A DNA stretch of 32,000 bases from Amoeboradix gromovi X-113 (Eukaryota; Fungi; Sanchytriomycota). Of the stretch, positions 27,201 to 32,000 are shown piece after piece. Both the position numbers and the translations under genes were made by a program. The stretch covers positions 16,058 to 48,057 of the forward strand of contig JADGIF010000006.1 in assembly GCA_018985225.1 (NCBI GenBank). The letters are read 5' to 3'. Within the stretch, counting starts at the first letter, position 1, and the number at the start of each line of letters is the position of its first letter. The notes under the pieces are model-generated. The model saw nothing but the letters and a program-made list of their open reading frames with translations, was not told the origin of the DNA and did no database searches.

Positions 27201-28952
27201 GCGTCTCTTATTAAACTTGTTCCTCTCGATGATAGTGATGATAATGATATACCCGCCCTTTTATCTGATTCGATTTCAAAGCAACGTGATTTCTTGGATC
27301 AGCTATTGGACTCGAGTAAAATAAAGCCATATAATCTACCAATCGTCATCAATGCTACCCTGAGACATTATCAGCAAGAGGGTTTGAACTGGCTCTACTT
27401 TCTTAATAAGTATAACCTCCATGGGATACTCAGCGATGACATGGGTTTGGGTAAGACATTGCAGTGTATATGTATAATGAGCAGTGATTTACATGATAAA
27501 AGTGCAAATGCAAACAGCGAGAATACCAGTACTGCTGATAAAGCTGTTTTGAATCTTATTGTATGCCCTTCTACGGTTGTTGGCCATTGGAATCATGAGA
27601 TCTTGGAGTACTCCACCAATCTTAAACCTCTTTTATACACTGGCTTACCCTCGGAACGCACAAAGCTGAGGAGTAAATTCCATAATTACAATACACTAAT
27701 TACCAGCTATGAGATTATAAGAAATGACATCGAGCATTTGAATATGAACTTCAATTACTGCATTTTAGACGAGGGCCACGTTATAAGAAACAGCAAAACA
27801 AAAATCACCAAGGCTTGTAAGCTAATTAAAGCTAACCATCGTTTAATTTTAAGCGGCACGCCTATACAGAATCAGATACAAGAATTATGGAGTCTATTTG
27901 ACTTTTTAATGCCAGGATTCCTCGGAAGTGAAGCGCAATTTAATAGCAGATACAACAACAACAATTTAGAGCTACTGCACAAGCAGATACTGCCATTCCT
28001 TCTGCGACGATTGAAGGAAGACGTGTTACAGGATTTGCCTCCTAAAATCATCCAGGATCATTACTGCACGTTATCTCCAGTTCAGTCATTATTGTACACT
28101 CAATATGGTACAAACAATAAGAACAATCTAGAACCGCGACACGTATTTAGTAGTTTGCAATATCTTAGAAAGTTATGCAGTCACCCGTTGCTAGTTATGT
28201 CTAGCGAGCAACAAAAACAGTACGAAGTGGAGCACAGTTGCAATCTGCGCGACTTGGAACATGCTCCGAAGCTATTAGCATTACAAGACTTGCTTATTCA
28301 ATGCGGAATTAATAACGATGATCAGGTAAGTGGCCATAGAGTGCTGATATTCTGTCAACTGAAGAAAATGATCGAAATAATAGAGCATGACCTGTTTGCT
28401 ACCAAAATGCCGTATGTTAATTTTAGAAGATTAGACGGGGATGTGGCATTGAATAAACGACATGACGTAGTAGTGGAATTCAACAGTGATCCGAGTATAG
28501 ATGTGCTGCTGTTAACCACCAAAATAGGTGGATTGGGGTTGAACTTAACTGGGGCAGATACTGTGATATTTGTAGAGTCAGACTGGAACCCAATGCAAGA
28601 CCTGTAACTCAATGGCTAACTTAGGCAGGCTATGGACAGAGCTCATAGGCTAGGGCAAACTAAAGTAGTCAACGTCTACAGACTAATAACAAATGGGACA
28701 TTAGAAGAGAAGATAATGAATGTGCAACGATTTAAGATGAATATGGCGAATGAGATTGTAAATCAACAAAATGGAGGACTCGGTAGTATGGATACAGAGC
28801 AGTTGTTAGATTTGTTCGAAATAAGTGCGCCTAAAAAGACTGCGAAAAAGCAAACTGGGGCACCCGGCATATTGCATGACTTGGGAGAATTGTATGACGA
28901 TGATGAATTCAACGAGGGTGTTGGAGAGTACATGGACAAAATGAATAAATAA
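24267..28952 (+). CDS. MOT1: TBP-associated Snf2-family ATPase Mot1/BTAF1, 2 exons (24267-28603, 28625-28952), 1554 aa
   Basis: HEAT region ([38 protein letters not shown]) and ATPase motifs ([38 protein letters not shown]). Splicing restores [19 protein letters not shown]. Confidence 0.96.
28604..28624 (+). other. 21-nt intron in MOT1 (GTAACTCAATGGCTAACTTAG)
   Basis: GT-AG with GCTAAC branch motif and an in-frame TAA. Removal restores helicase motif VI exactly. Confidence 0.93.
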
Positions 28953-29083
28953 TGAAATCAAACAACCTGCTACTTTAGACTTGATCTCGTTAATAATTAT
29001 GGAGCAAGTCTTTTAAATGTCAACGCTATCTGTGTTGTACGGTGCTGATATGTCAAATTATTTATTTTAATGTTATTCTTATA

Positions 29084-31456
29084 CTACGTGTTAAACACTG
29101 ATAATGAACTCTTGTTATCTCTTGCTTCTTTCAACAATGGTTCATTTTTCGTAAGCATTTCCATATTTCTACCATATCTGTTTTTACTTTGTGAGTACTG
29201 CGCAGCACTACTGTGGGTAGGATACTGATTGGTTTTGTCTGACATGCTTGGTCTCTGCTGCATACTGGCCATACTATCTTGGCTTGGTCTTGGCTGAATA
29301 TTCATCTGCATGTTTCCTTGCGTGGACATTCCTTGCTGCTTCATGTAGACCTCCCGTAAACTTTGTGTTGTTGGTTCTAAGTAAGGCATCAACAAAGGCT
29401 CCATTTTGTCATCCAGCATTGCAACGTCTGGTGTTTTAAAGTACAGCGGATGTAAAATACTGAACTTCTCATCTTTCTCATCGTACTGCTCATCTGTTGG
29501 TATTTTGAATCGTCGTTTTAACTTGATCTTTTGCATATAGTACACACCTAATGTTCCAAATAACAGAATTACCAACAGCCAGCTCTGTATGTAGGCCATG
29601 TACACCCTCAATAGCAATATTAGTATTAACTGACTTGTAAATAGTGCTGCGTATATCCTATTAAATATTATAGGCCAGAATGATCCAAACGTGTCCACTT
29701 GACTGCTGAACACATAAAGCACCTGGTACTTGTACACTATGTACGATATAAGGAAGTATAACAGCCCAAATACTAGAATTATGGGATGTATTACGCTGTA
29801 CAAAATAGCCAAGAAGAACATAAACAGATTACTGACTAGTACGATATCGTATCTGAACACAGGTGGTTTAAGAACCGACTGTAGCTGTCTGCTTGTTAAA
29901 GATTTGCGTAATTTATATTTAATTAGCAAAAATGGAATAAAACGAGCCAAATCAATCGGAATACTACCAGGACCATTAAGAGTAAACCAATTAATCCAGT
30001 AGATGCCTTGATATATGATAGCCTCGGCCATATTAGCAGTCCAAGCATTAAGGACAGTAACAAATGATTCAACGTTACTTATGGACTGCAGTTTGGATAC
30101 TAAAAACCAAATTGAAGTACTAAATGTAAAAAGCATAAAATAGCCCAGAATAAAGAACAGAAACAGCTTGCGAAGGGAAGATTTCTGTATTTCACTATTG
30201 GTTGGTTCCGCCTGCAAGTTTGCAATAAAGTAGAATATGTCAGGTATAAATAGCAACAACAATTTGAGTAAAAGTGGCGTAAGAACAGATTGAATAAAAG
30301 CAGCAAACTTTGGATAGTCAGAAAGCAGAGGGGCAATGAAAGGCACATACTGCGTTAACACAGATAAGCGGGTTAAGGGAGCAAGAAATATTATTGGAAT
30401 TAACCAAAAGAATATAAAACCGATAGATAAGACTCTACCAAGAAGTCTACGAGATTTTATCTCATTGCTACTCATTTTGACATTATTCCACACGATATCA
30501 TTGACATCGACTGCATGGTAAGGGGTCCAACTGGCACTACGAAGGATGGATTTACCAGAACACTTGTAAGCATCAGTTGGGTTATGGAATATACCGAACC
30601 CTGATGGTAGATAATTGATGGAAGTCATTCCCAACAGTTGCTCGTCATGAATTTTAGACTTCAATACGGTCAAATCATTAATCATAGTAACGGCGCGATG
30701 AGGATTGTCAGGGTTATCATGGCAATATTGCTCCAACTTACCCAACAAGGTATTGTACTGGTCAAATAACTTGATTAGAAAACTCGGATCATTCAGTAGA
30801 ATACCCGTGCAAGCAACTCCAAACTTGTTATATATGTGTTGACCGATACAATGCGGCTTATTCTTGTTAGTAATACCTGTATAAAAGACAGTTTTGGACT
30901 GGTTGTAGAAATTGTCACAATTTAAAAGTCTAATCTTAATGTAGTAGTGCCACATATTAATAGTAAAATAGGATACAACAGCAGATATGAAGTACATGAT
31001 GACAACATGAGCATAAAGGTAGTCAGGAGTATTAATCACAGATAACAAAGAAATAGAGAGTAGTGAGTTTCTAGAAATGCCCATAGAATGGATAGGAATT
31101 AGAATAACAAGGCAAACTGGAGTCAATATTAAAAACATCTTCAGAAACATCAAGAGAACCTTTATGGTAAGCAGGCCATCAACGCCAGAGGTTGTTAAAA
31201 TGACGTTGTCGTCCAGAGTGAATAACTGATATATCCACTTAAACGAATAGGATAGTATCGGTGGATGTTTCTCATTCTCAAGGACATAGAAGTTGGGTTG
31301 ATACACCTTTTTGTTACGAGGACGAAGAACCGTAAATGCAACAATTGCAGCAATTCCAGTGACCGAAGCCAGTAAAAACTGAAGAAACAGACCAAATACA
31401 TCATCAGTAGTGGAACCAGCTTGCAGAGATTTAAATATTTCATCAACAGAAGACAT
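29084..31456 (-). CDS. OSCA/TMEM63 (CSC1/RSN1-like) mechanosensitive cation channel, 790 aa
   Basis: FTVLRPRNKKVYQP, SGVDGLL, ILIPIH, DIVWNNV, YSVIHPIILVFGLLYF..SYIVYKYQVLYVF, GSFWP. Multiple TM helices. Confidence 0.93.
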   Translation of the reverse strand: MSSVDEIFKSLQAGSTTDDVFGLFLQFLLASVTGIAAIVAFTVLRPRNKKVYQPNFYVLENEKHPPILSYSFKWIYQLFTLDDNVILTTSGVDGLLTIKVLLMFLKMFLILTPVCLVILIPIHSMGISRNSLLSISLLSVINTPDYLYAHVVIMYFISAVVSYFTINMWHYYIKIRLLNCDNFYNQSKTVFYTGITNKNKPHCIGQHIYNKFGVACTGILLNDPSFLIKLFDQYNTLLGKLEQYCHDNPDNPHRAVTMINDLTVLKSKIHDEQLLGMTSINYLPSGFGIFHNPTDAYKCSGKSILRSASWTPYHAVDVNDIVWNNVKMSSNEIKSRRLLGRVLSIGFIFFWLIPIIFLAPLTRLSVLTQYVPFIAPLLSDYPKFAAFIQSVLTPLLLKLLLLFIPDIFYFIANLQAEPTNSEIQKSSLRKLFLFFILGYFMLFTFSTSIWFLVSKLQSISNVESFVTVLNAWTANMAEAIIYQGIYWINWFTLNGPGSIPIDLARFIPFLLIKYKLRKSLTSRQLQSVLKPPVFRYDIVLVSNLFMFFLAILYSVIHPIILVFGLLYFLISYIVYKYQVLYVFSSQVDTFGSFWPIIFNRIYAALFTSQLILILLLRVYMAYIQSWLLVILLFGTLGVYYMQKIKLKRRFKIPTDEQYDEKDEKFSILHPLYFKTPDVAMLDDKMEPLLMPYLEPTTQSLREVYMKQQGMSTQGNMQMNIQPRPSQDSMASMQQRPSMSDKTNQYPTHSSAAQYSQSKNRYGRNMEMLTKNEPLLKEARDNKSSLSVFNT

Positions 31457-31528
31457 TTGTAGTAAGAAAGGGGACAAAAAGATCAGTGGGGATGATTAGC
31501 ACGTGTTTGAAGACGTTTAGGACAGCAG

Positions 31529-31745
31529 CTTCTCATACAAAGTCCTGATTTCCGAGATAACCGAGAATTTGCAGAGAAACTAGCGATGCTAGTAAATTCG
31601 TTACAGAGATTGCTCACGCTTTCACCACCCTGACGCTGTATTACCTTTTAGTTATCTCTTTAGATTTAAGCACATTCCAGATTTAATTCCATTTGTAATT
31701 TGAGGAAAGGAAGAACATCGAGTATTTAAACAATTAGAAAAATCG
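31529..31745 (-). mobile_element. IS607/Fanzor2 element copy E: miniature, right end plus degenerate left-end fragment
   Basis: 31529-31635 aligns to the C and D right ends (CTTCTC..AAAGTCCTGATTTCCGAG...GCTCACGCTTTCACCACCCTGA). 31700-31745 matches the left-end segment AAAGGAAGAACATCGAGTATTTA. It may extend to about 31777. Confidence 0.8.
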
Positions 31746-31923
31746 TAAAACACTTTTTTCATCAAGGAATCGTATTGTATCTCGAAAAATGGTTTGTACG
31801 ATAGATAACACCCGCTATAAAACTAGTTGACCAATTTAACAGAAGCACATATTTCATCACATATCGATTATGTAGATTACTCGCACTATCATTCGTCTCG
31901 GCCAGCTAGGTCTTTTTCTATAT

Positions 31924-31951
31924 GGGACATGCTCTGTAAAAACTAGACTAG
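31924..31951 (+). repeat. TIR-like sequence related to the 20714-21198 MITE
   Basis: AT|GGGACATGCTCTGTAAAAACTAGACTAG has the same GGGACA-N7-TAAAAACTAGACTA layout. 31932-31951 is 19/20 identical to 20918-20937. Confidence 0.55.
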
Positions 31952-32000
31952 GGGTAAAAAGCGGGTGACGAGATTTACCCAGTTGAAGTTTTCACAGTAG

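Noticed and set aside
8030-28630. Alternative genetic code (TAA/TAG = Gln) or stop read-through explaining in-frame stops in RasGEF and MOT1
   Set aside because: RPL12, COX17, cytochrome c and QCR2 end at TAA at their expected C-termini, and MOT1 motif VI is restored exactly only by removing the 21-nt GT-AG segment.
31940-31985. Helitron 3' end (hairpin + CTAG) on the minus strand
   Set aside because: The CTAG belongs to the TIR-like motif shared with the MITE, and the hairpin spacing is atypical.
1-32000. tRNA, rRNA, snRNA, RNase P/MRP genes and CRISPR arrays
   Set aside because: No convincing signatures found by eye. The partial GTGTAGTA near 9339 lacks U2 or tRNA context, and the repeats are dispersed transposon copies, not repeat-spacer arrays. 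A covariance-model scan was not possible.

Overview
Gene-dense, AT-rich eukaryotic nuclear DNA. It most likely comes from a compact early-diverging fungus or close relative: CHS7 and a heme-thiolate peroxidase are present, and QCR2, COX17 and cytochrome c imply aerobic mitochondria. The exact taxon cannot be fixed from sequence alone. About 19 protein genes can be supported: PCL-type cyclin, heme-thiolate peroxygenase, Ser/Thr kinase, ABD1, CHS7, PH-RasGEF, Asterix-like, PPE1, COX17, RPL12, QCR2, OST4, three related microproteins, an orphan 7TM protein, cytochrome c, PRP4, MOT1 and OSCA/TMEM63. COX17 and OST4 are missing from the ORF track, and cytochrome c appears there only as a partial chimeric ORF. 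Four things stand out. (1) Five copies of a non-autonomous IS607-type Fanzor2/TnpB element (about 560 bp when full length): left end, TnpA HTH fused in frame to the TnpB C-terminus, and a conserved putative omega-RNA right end, with sharp CAG| and AG| boundaries. (2) Five ultrasmall spliceosomal introns of 19-22 nt, all matching GTA...TAAYNWAG. (3) Three 76-85 aa paralogous microproteins with a SERTA/Zds_C-like motif. (4) An ISL2EU-like MITE with 30-bp TIRs. All protein calls come from recognised motifs; no database search was run.
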